64,000 bases of DNA from Utricularia gibba (Eukaryota; Plantae; Magnoliophyta): NCBI GenBank assembly GCA_002189035.1, contig CM007991.1, positions 5,084,001-5,148,000 of the forward strand, written 5' to 3'. Position 1 is the stretch's first letter; every line of letters begins with the position of its first letter. The notes under the pieces are model-generated. The model did no database searches. It saw only the letters and a program-made list of their open reading frames with translations, and was not told the origin of the DNA. This document shows, piece after piece, positions 51,170 to 63,500 of the stretch. The position numbers were made by a program, and so were the translations under genes.

Positions 51170-52460
51170 TAATTTACAGGGACGGCACATACACAAAAAT
51201 GTTTCTTGTAGAGGTCGCCAAAATATTGAAATACTATTAAATTTGATTACGGATGTGAATTGTTTATTAAACGATTTCCAATTACAATTGGCATCCATAT
51301 TTAAAAAAAAAAATTTCGTGCATAATTATTTTAAATAATTTTATGTTAAAACAAAGAATTATAAGTGTGTTGTTGACGTACAATCACATTCTAATTTAAA
51401 ACATTTTTAGCAAAAATATGATACGAATGTAAGTTCTTGTCTAACTTAACCTCAGATATTGTGACATTTAGTAGAGAAAAACATTTGAGATACAATATAC
51501 ATATACTTGTGTGAAAATACTTAATTTTTATAATCCTACCGTAAATATTCAGCACATTACAACATTTATGATGATAAACATCATCATCAAGGACCATTTA
51601 TATTAAAGACAACATAAATTTCCACTTCGTGGTTTAGGGTTTTCAGTGTTTTAGGGTTTATGGTAAATAAAATATCTGAAATATTCCCGCCTTTTTAATA
51701 TGTTGCAAATGTGAAATTTTGGACGGCATTTTGTAGGGGTGGCAAAAAAAATTTATGGAAACACTCTCAAATGTACTTACGGATGTGAATCATTTATTAA
51801 ATAATTTACAATTCAAATTGACGTCCATTAGATACAAAATATTTTTTGTATCGAATTTCTATTTAAAAAAATTGGTTCAAAAATCTGAAATTACAAATGT
51901 ATAATTCAATGGCAATATAATGACATTAAGGTTTATAAATAATCATCCACATTTACATTAAACGCTAATGTATCTTGTTCTCTAATTTAAATGTCAAATA
52001 TTATGATGCTTTATAAAAAAAATATTGAACATATATTTTCAAAGAAACGTGGTTTTTATTATTTTTAACGTTAAAATATTGGTGATGATAAGCTTCATTA
52101 CTATGAACAATAACTACTAAAATTTTAAATGTGTAGTTTAATTAAGAGTTTAGAACAATTTAAAATTTTAAATGTGTAATAAATTCTCCTCATTTTTTAA
52201 AAAAATGTAAGACTAGTTGGATCTTGAGAAGGTACATACAAACACACATAATGCGTAGGTGTCGATGAAATATATCCATAACCTATTTCGTTTATCATTT
52301 TCAAAATACTGAAAATTTGAAATTTGGTACGGCACATCAAACAATAAGTATTTTGTAGGTGCCGCAATTTTTTTAATTATTTTAAATAATTGATTTAGAC
52401 TATATATGGATGTGAATTATTCTATACAATATGCTTTTCTGAAAAAGTTGGCATCCACTA
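51170..52460 (+). repeat. Three dispersed direct repeats of a ~130-bp module, ~550-600 bp apart
   Basis: ACGGCA...TTGTAG...GGATGTGAAT...TTG(G/A)C(A/G)TCCA at ~51180-51300, ~51720-51830 and ~52330-52460. Confidence 0.75.
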
Positions 52461-52804
52461 TATAAGTGTACAACCCTACCTAGTTTACATCACGTTTTGC
52501 TGCATACAAAGGCTCTTCTTATCAGTGTCGTCGCGCTCCTGAAACCACAGAATTCGTCGGCTTAAAATCGGGTAATCTTGTTGTTGCAACTTACATTATT
52601 TTGGTGAAATGTATTCAATGCATTTGTTGCTGCAGTATGCGTTATATATTAAGTTGGGTTTAGTTATTAAAAATTGTCTTTTCATATAATTATGTATTTA
52701 GTTGGGTTTAGCTGCGTTTTTCATCGTTAATATCATGTTTGTTTTGCTATTTTCCATTTCCTTATTTTTAGAATTTCATTCTTATTATGTATCCTTTTAT
52801 TGAT

Positions 52805-54263
52805 TAGGGAATAGATAGATTTCGTGTTAAATATTTCATCCCAACCGATTGGTTGACAATTCCTGCTCCGCAAAACACACCTCGTGATGCCAATCCCCCT
52901 CATGAACATTCGAATGCTTAGCTTGTGTCTCGTAAAACATTTGATGCTGATCTTAGGCTACCTATTCATCCCTTTGCTCTTGATGTGCTCACCTACTTGA
53001 GATTGCCTATTGGGTTTTTAGCACCATCTTCCTGTAGTATTATCTTAGCCTTCTTACACTTGTGTGAAGAAGAATATGTAGAACCTTCTTTGTCAAATTT
53101 TTTTGCACTATCTCTTCCAAAAAAAGCTCCTAATGGAACATGGTATTTTCAAGGATTACCAAATACTAGATTTTATCAAAACCTACCAAGAACTGTGGCA
53201 CGATGGGATAAACTTCTTTTATGGATTGTACCACCTACATCTTTTGAAATCTCAAGGCATTATCCATTGACATATCCTGGGGATGATGTTATAAATTCTC
53301 GTATTGAAAAAATCAATGTGAATGAGGAAACTAGACATGCATTAAAAAGTCTTTTGCAATCAAAAAGATATATGACTGAAGACATCACCCAGAAGTCTGC
53401 TCAAATTCAAAGTAAGTCTTGTTAATTTACATTATTTTTCCAATATGTTATTTTACTTATTTATTTAACACTATGACAGCACTTCGAAACATTCATGGTG
53501 TCGTTGAGTAGCGGTCTGCACCAATATCAAGGCGAAATCATCATCAGCTTGTTGTTTATGAACAATCCATTCCGCTAAACATCGATAGCAATGAACAACA
53601 GGTAAATAAAGTAGGAATATTATTTAAATTTTTAATTTTCTATTCAAATAAATAAGGTTTGCAATATAAAAAAAATTTTGTTTAGGAGAATTCTGAACGA
53701 GAAAATGGAGATGAGGAGAATGAAATGCCTATTCATGAGGAGGCTGAAGTGTATATTAATGAGGAGCTCTCGGTTGCACCCCAACATGACAAAGAACTCA
53801 TTTTAAACCAATATAAACACATTCAACGAATGGAAAATGAGGTAATAAAAATGAAACTTATTTTGCTAATATATGTGATAGTTGTTTTTTTTTATGTTTT
53901 CTAATTTAGTTTTTTTTTCTTCTTTAGATAACAAATCTAAAGTTTCAGATTCAGAAAAACAAAAACAGAATGGATGATTTGGTAGCACAACAATCTGTAT
54001 ACAAGGTTGAATTGAAGATGAAAGGCGATGAATTCATTGCTGGACAACAAAAATCTATCAACTTTCAATTGGAAATAATGAAGCTGAATGAAAAAATACA
54101 GGTGTTAAAGGAAGAATTACAACTTCACAGATTGCAAGCTCAATTGAATGAAAACGATGTTATAGCAATGGCTCAACAAAGAGACATACCTTCTACAAGT
54201 GCGGGCACAAGCAAAGATAAAGGAAAAGGTAGAGGCAGACCCAAAGGAAAGGGAAGAAAATGA
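52805..54263 (+). pseudogene. Transposase_28-like (PF04195-type) domain gene with introns and a C-terminal coiled coil; premature stop
   Basis: RFRVKYFIP...NA*LVSRKTFDADLRLPIHPFALDVLTYLRLPIGFLAPSSCSIILAFLHLC resembles the GLRxPLHPF...LxPNSW motif. TAG at 52919-52921, donor-like GTAAGT near 53412, and a heptad-rich final ORF (53970-54263) ending in a basic KGKGRGRPKGKGRK tail. Confidence 0.72.
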
Positions 54264-54346
54264 AAAGAGTCATTAACAATGTTGTTTAAGTAGTATCATA
54301 GCTATGGATTGTCTATTTGTTTTGATACTTGAGGACAAGTACGATT

Positions 54347-54362
54347 TAAGTGTGGGGGAGTA
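54347..54362 (+). promoter_or_regulatory. Athila-type polypurine tract
   Basis: TTGAGGACAAG...TAAGTGTGGGGGAGTA lies directly before an LTR start. Confidence 0.8.
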
Positions 54363-55361
54363 TGTTAAGTGTCATTTTCTCACTTTCTTTTAGGTTGTTT
54401 TTATGTCTAGGTATGATTAAAGTTGTGTAATTAGGAGTCTATAATATGAGATTTAAGTTTTTTATCTAGTTTAGGGTAATTATCCTCAATCTTGTATTTT
54501 TTTCAAATATTTATGCTAGTTTTATTTAAGTTTTTATAGAGGCGCACACGTGGTAGGAAGTGAGAGAACGAGGGCAGTAGATGGCGACAAAATGGATCTT
54601 CCGGAGCTGACAGCACCTTGATTTCCGGAAGACTACAGACGCCTAATAATTAGCTTTGACGTGCAGAACACGGGAGTCTCTAACAAGCAACATCATTAGC
54701 GTACCAATGTCAGAGTAGATGGTTGCTTGCAAGTCACTTCAATTCACAGCAGAACCAAGGAGACATGAAAACTCATACTCTCATTTCAGTTCAGTCAGTT
54801 CAAACATACAGAATTCGAGCTTTCAATTTTAGTTTAAACTTTTGTTTCTATCTCTAAAGGATTTTCCTCTAGCTTCTCTCTAGAATTTGCTTTCGTTTTC
54901 TTTAGTTTGTATGGTTGTTCCAGCTAGGAACTTCCGTTTCTGGGTTGGGATACTCCCATATCTATGTTTCGTTAGCTTATCTTCATCTCCTCTTTGAATC
55001 GGAACGGGTTTCGTATGTCTTCACGCGACTATGGTATAGTCTTTCTATAACAGGCCCCTAATTCAAGATTCATGACTAACTGATTACTACCCGCGAGTTT
55101 TGGAGAGGAGCAAGGTGGAGAGCATCAACTCATGCCCTTTTGGCAAGAGGGAAATAGAGTTTTTTCTATGGCCGTACCTCAGGATCAATGGACAGATAGT
55201 GAACTCGTATTTGGACTCAATGAGTCATTGGCAACATTCGGGCACACGCATTCAATTCGACCGTGAGGGTACATTGGTAGGACCTCTTATCTTCACGTTA
55301 GTCCAAGGAGGAGCAACATTGAACTCTTCCCGTGCCTTCTTGCGAGAGAGTATAAGGGAGG
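54363..55361 (+). mobile_element. Athila 3' LTR, 3'-truncated
   Basis: TGTTAAGTGTCATTTTCTC start. Positions 54363-54530 and 55160-55361 align with 45988-46355. Confidence 0.88.
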
Positions 55362-55908
55362 TGTTAAGGGCGAAAATTGGTATGCCGGAGTGGGCCGACT
55401 TTCGGGTTGCAGATGGTATCGTTTCTTTCCGTCGACTACTCAGTTTGATCGGATGAAATGAAAATAGGCGGGGATTTTTTACGTGGAAACCACCGTGAGG
55501 CGGAAAAACCACGGAGCTATCCGACCTCGCCTGAGAAGGTTTTTACTAGATGAAGATGATGAAGAAAGATACAGGTTAGGAGCCTTGAGGTCCAATCCTT
55601 TTCCCGCCATGATTTCTTCTATTTATAAGGGGGGAAGGGGACCGACCCGACCGAATCATGAACTTCGCAGGTGTCGGCTACCTTTCTGCACTTGTGCTAT
55701 GATCTTGCTTTTCAGACAATCGCCGCCCATTCTACCGTGATTCGGTTACTCTTCAGACTGAACCATGCTGCTCTTGTCAGATCCTCTGACAAATATCGAT
55801 CTATCGACAGACATTATCTCATCTAAAACCTCGCTCGGAAGCCTTTTATACAAACCGATTATCCCCAACCGGTTTGTACCCTATTAATAGGCATCACTTT
55901 TATCAACA
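55362..55908 (+). mobile_element. Probable LTR of an unrelated family
   Basis: TGTTAAGGGCG starts exactly where homology to the 45988 LTR stops. There is a TATA-like TTTATAAGGG at 55622 and a candidate end TTTATCAACA. No TSD. Confidence 0.5.
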
Positions 55909-57719
55909 TGTTTGCACTTCACTAATGAAGAAACATCCAAAAAAATGAGGAACCAATGAAAATCAACTACAATTTTCTCAACAACCTTTTCAAAAGGAAA
56001 CCCATGTGATAAAAAAGTTAGATCTTCAATGCAAGCCCATAAATCTATTCTAACTATAACAAGTAATTGAAATTTATTTCCAAAACAAACCTCTATTTAT
56101 ACTAAACCCTTATTGCATAGAAACCCATGTGAAACAGCTCCTTCCTCGTTTTATGTTTGCATTCGATGGAGAAAGAGAGAAGGACCATAGGGAACAAATA
56201 TTTTCCTTCAGATAAAAAATTTGGGGATTATTCTACGAATGGCCTTCTCCAATAAAAATTTAAGAAGACTATTCAATGGTGTTAAGTTTATGATGATCTT
56301 TTCAAACAAGCCCAAGCCTAAGGTAAAAAAAATATTTTCGAGAATTTCATGGTAAAAATAGAAATGTTAATTAGAAGTATATGTTTTCTTATTTCTATTT
56401 CTGTCTGATTTTTAAGTATAGTTAAAAATTATTTTTTGTGAAATACAAAAATAAAAATAATAATTATTCTATGTAAAATTATTTTCAATGAAAACAAAAA
56501 TATAAATAGCATTCAAAAATTTTTCAGAACATAACTTAAAATCACCAAAAAATTGTTCATTGTATGTGGAAAGGATTTTATGCAAGCCCAATAGGTAACT
56601 TAGATTTGGATGGTGAGTGGCGTGAAAGGGTTGGCCGCCGGCGCTCAGTTGATGCTACTTTTGTGCATGGATAGAGCAGTTGATGGCCCATTGGCGGTTC
56701 ATTTCATTATCATATAATGAAATGGTGTTGATTTGAGTAGGCAGTGATTATGCATGTGCATAGTTGTGGATGATTGGATTGGATTGGATTGGAGTAGTCG
56801 GTGGGGTTGGGTTGGGACATCTATCCACCACCACTTATCCAACTCTGTGTCGGTGTCGGTGTCGGTGTCCAGTCCAGTGCAGGCTCCTTGATGGCGTGCC
56901 ACTGGAATGAATTATGAAGCGCGTGCCCGCAGCGCCTTGCTTGCTTGCTTGCGTTAGTTATTGCGGGGATATAATGTTGTCATGTGTTCCAAGGTAACCA
57001 ACCCGCAGGGGTAGGGGTAGGGGTAGGGGTAGGGGTAGGCAGCTGCTGGATCGCATCAAAATCCCATCACATGCCAATGCCATCCATAAAATCAACCTAC
57101 GATTGATTGTGTTGCAGAGACCAGGCCTCCGCCTAGCCATGCCATGCCATGCCACGCCGTGCCGGTGCCCACCCTCCACCGCCGCTGCTCTGCTCTCTAT
57201 TGCATCCTGGGGGTTTTCTTTTGTTTTGTGTTGTATATGATGCATCATTTTATTTATTCATTCTCCAACAAGGCATTGAATTCGCCCCCGAGGCGCAGCA
57301 TCAAAAATTGGACGGAATTCTCATAAATGTTAGTTTCTGGGGGCACGTGGGAATTTTTTTTTTTTTATTCGGTTAAGAAGCGGGCGTTACAAAAGGCCGG
57401 CCCAAATAACACACAATGGCTACCGGCAGCTAGCTGTCTGTCTGACTCCCTCCTCAGGTTCACAAGGCTAATATTATTCCATGTTTGGGCAAGGAACGGA
57501 GCGGAGTCCATGTCATTTTCCTTTTATTGTATTGCATTTTTCAAACACGTTGACCTGTGCGTTTTTTTTTTAAATTGGAAAACAGCTGTTAATGAATCTT
57601 TTTGTTTTATGGTAACATAACTCCCTCTCCATACGGAATTCATTTACAAAAAGGAAGGAAGAAAGATGTTTCCTTGAATTTAGGCTACGCCACAACACGC
57701 GATATTCTTGCCTAAGTCG

Positions 57720-57745
<26 letters not shown>
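57720..57745 (+). repeat. (CT)n microsatellite upstream of the response regulator
   Basis: Read directly from the sequence. Confidence 0.9.
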
Positions 57746-57751
<6 letters not shown>

Positions 57752-58083
57752 CTTGAATATTGCATGTCCAAGACACGGAAAGGGTGGAGCTGCCGCGTGA
57801 GCGAGCAGAGAGAGCGCCTGGCCGCTTTTTGCTTTCAAATTAATACCAAACAAGGAAACCACAACGGAGAAAAAGGAACAGCCGCAGAGCTTCAGACTTC
57901 CGACTCACATATATACAACCTGCCATCTTTTATCCCCTCTTACTCATTCTCTCTCCCCTCTCACGGAAACAGTTTTTAAAATCCGACTCGTACATTTCAT
58001 TCTGGTGGTGTTGAGATTTCTAGCACATGGTGTGTGCTAATTGAATGCAAATCTCGGGTCTTTTTGCTCTATGCGGAAACCCA

Positions 58084-60505
58084 ATGAATCTTGAAGCGAA
58101 GCAGCCCATGTCATTCGCCAGCTCTTGTTCTTCGCGAAACTCCGCTGATAGAGTTCCCAGACAGTTTCCCGCAGGCCTCAGAGTTCTCGTAGTAGATGAT
58201 GACCTCACTTGTCTCAAGATCTTGGAGAGGATGCTCGTCAATTGCCACTATAAAGGTTGTATGCCTAAACAAACACCCACTCTTATTTGGAATTAGAGAG
58301 GCCATACGCTTATGCCCATTTGGAGTTACTGGGGTTCGATAATAGATCTGATTCCGCTGCCTGATTGTAATTCTATTTTATTCGATATTTGGAAAGCCCG
58401 GAGGGTGATTTCCGAAATATATTTCTTTTTTTTTTCTACGGTTGATCGTATCTGTAATGCTCTTGCGGCTTTGATCCCATCGAGTTTAGGTTTGATGTTG
58501 CTGTGTGTTTTACCTGAACTGACTTATGTATCTGTTTTCAGTGACAAAATGTAGCCGAGCAGAGGATGCTTTGAAGTTACTGAGAGATCACAAGGACGGA
58601 TATGATATCGTGCTTAGTGATGTCCACATGCCGGACATGGATGGTTTCAATCTTCTCAAGAACGTCGGTCTGGAGATGGAACTTCCTGTCATCAGTGAGT
58701 AGCCCTCCTCCAGCTCTCATTGCTTTTTCGTGTGAGGGATGGATGTTGTTGACCTGGTGTCCTGCTTCTCAGTGATGTCAGCAGATGATAGCAAAGATGT
58801 TGTAATGAAGGGTATCACGCACGGCGCTTGCGATTATCTCATCAAACCTATCAGCATGGAGGCTCTAAAGAATATTTGGCAGCACGTGGTTCGTAGGAAG
58901 AAGCAGGGACCCAAAGAGCATTCTGGAAATGAAGATTGGGATAGAGCTCAAAGGCAATCGGAAGATGTTGATTACACCTCTTCAGCAAATGAAGCGCATT
59001 GGAAAGGTGGCGGTTCCAAGAAAAGGAGGGAGGAAGAAGACGATGAAGATGAAGACAGGGATGATTCATCTACTCTGAAGAAACCACGGGTTGTTTGGAC
59101 TTCTGAGCTTCATCTACAATTTGTGAATGCTGTTAATCAACTCGGAATTGACAGTAAGTTGTCACACCCTGTCAAATTTTGGTTCCAACTTATGCCATAA
59201 TCACCATCTTTGGATGCCTGTTGCAGAAGCTGTGCCTAAGAAAATTCTGGAACTTATGAATGTCCCTGGACTTACGAGAGAGAATGTGGCTAGCCATCTT
59301 CAGGTTGGAAGAACCAGTTCCTCAGTTACATGTTGATTGATGCCCATGTGCCTTCACTTACTCAAATGTGTATCAATTTGTGCAGAAGTATCGTATTTAT
59401 CTTAGAAAGCTAAATATGTCGCAACGCAATGGAATTGCAAGTCCATTCGATTCAGCATTTGGGACTCTCCATGGTCTTGATTTTCCCCTGTTTGGTGCCG
59501 CTGGTCAACAACTCTCCCCACAGGGTGCTGCCACCGTCCAGAACCCCCTGCTTAACCGGATTTCTAACAGGTCTGGCATGGATCCGAGGGCAATTTTCAG
59601 CTCAGAAAATCCAAAGATTGGATTTTTTCCGCAGAAAGACTGCAGCAATAAGCTACTGCATGGGATCCCAACAGCCATGGATTCCAAGCAACTTGCTGCT
59701 GCTGCTCTGCATCATCATTCTGAGCAGCCATTTGGGAACATAAATATCCCTATGCTTATCCCTTCGCAATCTTCAAACCAAAGCAGTTTGCCTCAGATGA
59801 TTCAACTACCGCTGAGGACTATCGCCAATGTCTTGAATCCTATGCCTTCTGGAATTCACAGTGCTGCTGCAGGGCACGGTGGATTCAGTAACGTTTACCT
59901 CAGAAATTTTGGTGCCTCTGTTTCGCAGCCGTTAGCTTTTGAAAGGAACCAGGGTTCGGATTTGCCGGATAGCAGCAGATTGTGTCCTGTGAACAACAAT
60001 GAGTGGAGAAATATGGGCCTGCGTGCTGATGCGAATACCCCAGTTGAAGAGATGAAGCTGGAAATGGTGGTATCTGGAGGAGGCATGAATAGAAGAGCGG
60101 TAGGGGACTTGGAACACCAAGCTGCAGGAGCAGTTTGTCCTGAGACCAAAAACAACTCCTCCTCGACATCTTCCTCCTCCGTAGTTCCCACATGTACAGG
60201 TGATAGTCCATCAAGAAACAAAGATGCTGAAGGCGGGGGGGTGCCTGTGGTCCATGACATCCACAACTACTTTTTCAGCGACCAGTACGAAGGGGAAGAC
60301 GTGATTAGCAGGCTTCTAGGACAGGTTTGGTTTCCTTTTCATAGCGCAAATAGCATTGCCCACCTTTTGCTGTGTGGGTAGGAGGTGGATCACCAACCGC
60401 ATCTTTTATGTGCAGTCAGAAAGCAGCGTTTTGGCGGTGGAACATGATTGCAGAAGCCTCGACGGATTCGTGTTCCCGTACGGCAACCAGCAAGAACTGA
60501 ACTGA
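58084..60505 (+). CDS. Type-B cytokinin response regulator (ARR1/ARR2-like); exons 58084-58255, 58542-58694, 58773-59153, 59227-59303, 59386-60324, 60416-60505
   Basis: Receiver domain [13 protein letters not shown]...[11 protein letters not shown]...VIMMSAD...GACDYLIKP; GARP Myb domain [12 protein letters not shown]...[11 protein letters not shown]. All five introns are GT-AG and the reading frame is continuous. The exact orthologue cannot be determined. Confidence 0.95.
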
Positions 60506-60533
60506 ACTGAACTGAACTGAACTGAACTGAACT
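60494..60533 (+). repeat. (GAACT)8 pentanucleotide repeat overlapping the predicted stop codon
   Basis: Read directly from the sequence; TGA at 60503-60505. Confidence 0.93.
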
Positions 60534-63500
60534 GGAGCTCTCCGATCGGGTACTGGTACTGGTACATAGAGTAGTCAGTTGGCCGGTTTATTTCCAATGC
60601 ATCTGGCTGCTGCATCGTCATCCTCGTCGGTGTTGGTGGGCTTCATTCTTTTCTACCAACACGTGGGAAGGAGAACAACAAACATATAATAATAGTACAA
60701 TAATTCTCAAATCCTGTGCTGCGCTGCCTGCCTGCAAGTGTGCCTGGAAACACATACAAAAGACGCCACGCACCAATCAATAACCGTTGTTGTGCAGGAA
60801 ACAAGATAGTCATTTCTCTTCTTCCTAATTAAATGGATGCTTTTTTTTTTCAAATTGTTTTGAGAAATGACCATCTTTTATAAAATCATTTAAAAAAATA
60901 TAGCTACATTTTTATATTTGTTTTATTGAATATTTTCAGCAATAATAATAAATGTATTATTTTTCATATTTAAACGGTACAATAAAATAGTTAATTTGTA
61001 TCCTTGAAGTCTTATATTTATTATAATAAAAAAGATAAATATAGAATCTTAGTTTAATTAAAAGTTATTTAAAAAAATGATCATCCTGTCTTTATCTCTT
61101 TCATATTAGGACCAATTGTTTACACATGGAATTATTACTTTTCTCACACACTCAAAGAAAGATAGCTACTTTTCTAATACATTCGGTTAACTCAATATCA
61201 TATACATTTTATTAATTTTTATTTCGTACACTTTTTTAAAAAGTACTTAATGTAAAAGAATAATATAGTTTTAATACAAAAAAATAAGCAATGATTTATT
61301 TTAAAAAATAAAATATACCAGTCAGTACACTTTTATAGAGGGTTTGAGCAATATTTATCAATAATAAACAATGAATAGACTATTTTTTATTTAAAAAAAC
61401 AATTTTTCAAATGAGAGTTTTTTAGTAAATTAACTCACTTTAAAAAATCTATTAGTCAAGTAATACTATTCTACAGTTTTGAAGAAACTATTTTAAATTT
61501 AATTAAAAATTGTATCTAAAATATTAAAGAAACAATACATAATTTTTCGATAATATTTTGAAATTAATATAAATTTCTCAAAAAACATAATTTATAATGA
61601 AAATGATTTGAACTCATGATTATACAGTTTGAAAAAACAATATATGAGTGCAAATTACATCTAACCCATGCCCATATTCATATAAGAAAAAATGCACAAG
61701 CATAAGTTACATATAATTGATTCCCATAAGCTATTTGAGTATATTTTAATTTTTAAATTTTTTAATTGATAGTTCAATTAGTTTTTGTTCTAATTTTTTT
61801 AATAAAATAAAAATTAATTCTAAAATAATATTTAAAATTTACAATATATATAAACATGGATTAAAACATAATACTAAAAAAAGTAATATTTATTTTTACA
61901 TATATACATTTATGAACTAGATCACAAAAAAATTAAATTTTAATAATTATAATTTTATATCTTTTTATTTTAAATTAAATATTTTTAAAATATAAGTTAA
62001 TGAAAACTATATTTATTATATTTGTAAATGTCATTACCAACGTATACCATTCATCTATATATGTCCTATATAGGAATGTGTAATATGGAAACTATGCACA
62101 TAGGAAGAACATCATATTCTTTGAATGGTACCAATGTGGTTTATATAAACCATATTCGAAAGAAGAGCATGTCATGACCTCATGTAAAAGACCACAAATT
62201 GGCCTTAAAAGGGAGACTATCTTCCTCCCTTATATGAAGTTGTTACACTACCTCATTTTTTATTAGGTTTTAGAAACATTCTTGGTTAATAAACATTTCA
62301 TTCACCCTAGCCCTCCTTGCATCATAGCAAGCTTATAGACTCCTCCATTTCAAAAGAGATTGGCATATTATGTGAGACACCAACATTTTGTCCGGAATTT
62401 AGACAATGAATGAGGAAACAAAGAAATGGAAATAGGTGAAAATGATTGCACAAATGTGATAGCTACCTTTTGGGCCAATGGTATTGTTTAAGGTGGCAAA
62501 GGAGTGTTAAGAAACCATGACTTTGAGGATAAAAGAGGATTAAGAAGCCATGACATTGAGGATAAGGAACACTTGAAGTGGTATAAGTATGAAAATTAAC
62601 CTTTGAAACTGAGACAACTCCTTATGGAGTAATAGTCATCATACACTTCGAGGTTGAGGAAATGAAAGAAAATGTTTGAGGAGCTGAAATCTAGTAAGGT
62701 TGGTGAAGGGGATGGCTCTATTTTGTTGATTTCACAAGGTTAAGGTTAAATGGAACTCCTATCTTCAATTTCTAAGGTTTATAGACTAAGGTTACAGAGA
62801 ATAAGGAAGCTTAACCATGCACGTAAATGATCCTATACCTAATGGATTCATATATGTTAGATGTTTTATATTTTATGTGGTCTCTTTCCTCTATGGTTTT
62901 TCATTAGAATGATATTGACTTTTTGACAATTTTCTCTTATTACTTGAATGTGTTTAAGTGTCTTGATCACTAAAAATCATTTTAGGTGACCAATAGGAGG
63001 AGGAAGACTAGGAGCTATGATCCAAACTTAGAGTAAGACATCGAGAGGCCAGCCATTTTGGAAGTCTTCTATGTGTGCTTAGAAGTGTCGATAGGGCTGG
63101 TGTCAGTTTGAAAATTGATGTCATGCACATTTATTTTTCTTGTGTGATGGTAACGTGTGGGGTTGTGTAGAAAAACTAAACCATGTTGTATTGTGACTTA
63201 TGTACATATCTCATATTTAACTTGATATTTCATGACTTTAGAATAATAAAGTTATTTATCTCATTTATGGTCATAGGTTTGAAACCTTAAGCTCATATTT
63301 GGGTTGTGTACGGGATAATAGGATGCTATAGCTTTATGATTTCTTCTTAGAATCATGACATCAAGTTTGAATCTAGAAAGATATGGATTTAGGTCTTGAC
63401 ATATTAGTTAGAACTTTATAAGGAGGAGAGTTAATCATTGTTGAATGGCTAGTTTGAGTATGTCTCACCTTCTTCATGCTAATGTAGAAACGTGACAATA

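Larger units (their letters stand above)
44834..54300 (+). mobile_element. Large composite hAT-family DNA transposon region (terminus, subterminal repeats, transposase, cargo genes); distal TIR not found here
   Basis: TIR TAGAGGTGGGTTTGGTTC at 44834 is preceded by GTAATACA, the reverse complement of the 21605-21612 TSD. AACCG subterminal motifs follow. CCCAGACAC/GGGTGCC repeats occur both at 45120-45260 and after the transposase. The right limit is inferred. Confidence 0.72.

Noticed and set aside
51630-51662. Two TTTAGGGTTT motifs resembling telomeric repeats
   Set aside because: Only two separated units, so not an interstitial telomere array.
54320-55361. LTR at 54363 as the 3' LTR of the split element, which would close the simple inversion model
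   Set aside because: By eye it matches the 45988 LTR subfamily rather than 21385-21612 / 44643-44833. Not fully excluded without a phylogeny.
55100-55740. ORFs of 85-118 aa
   Set aside because: They lie within LTR sequence and have no recognisable domain.
56699-57979. Several short ORFs upstream of the response regulator
   Set aside because: Their translations are driven by microsatellites and show no protein family signature.
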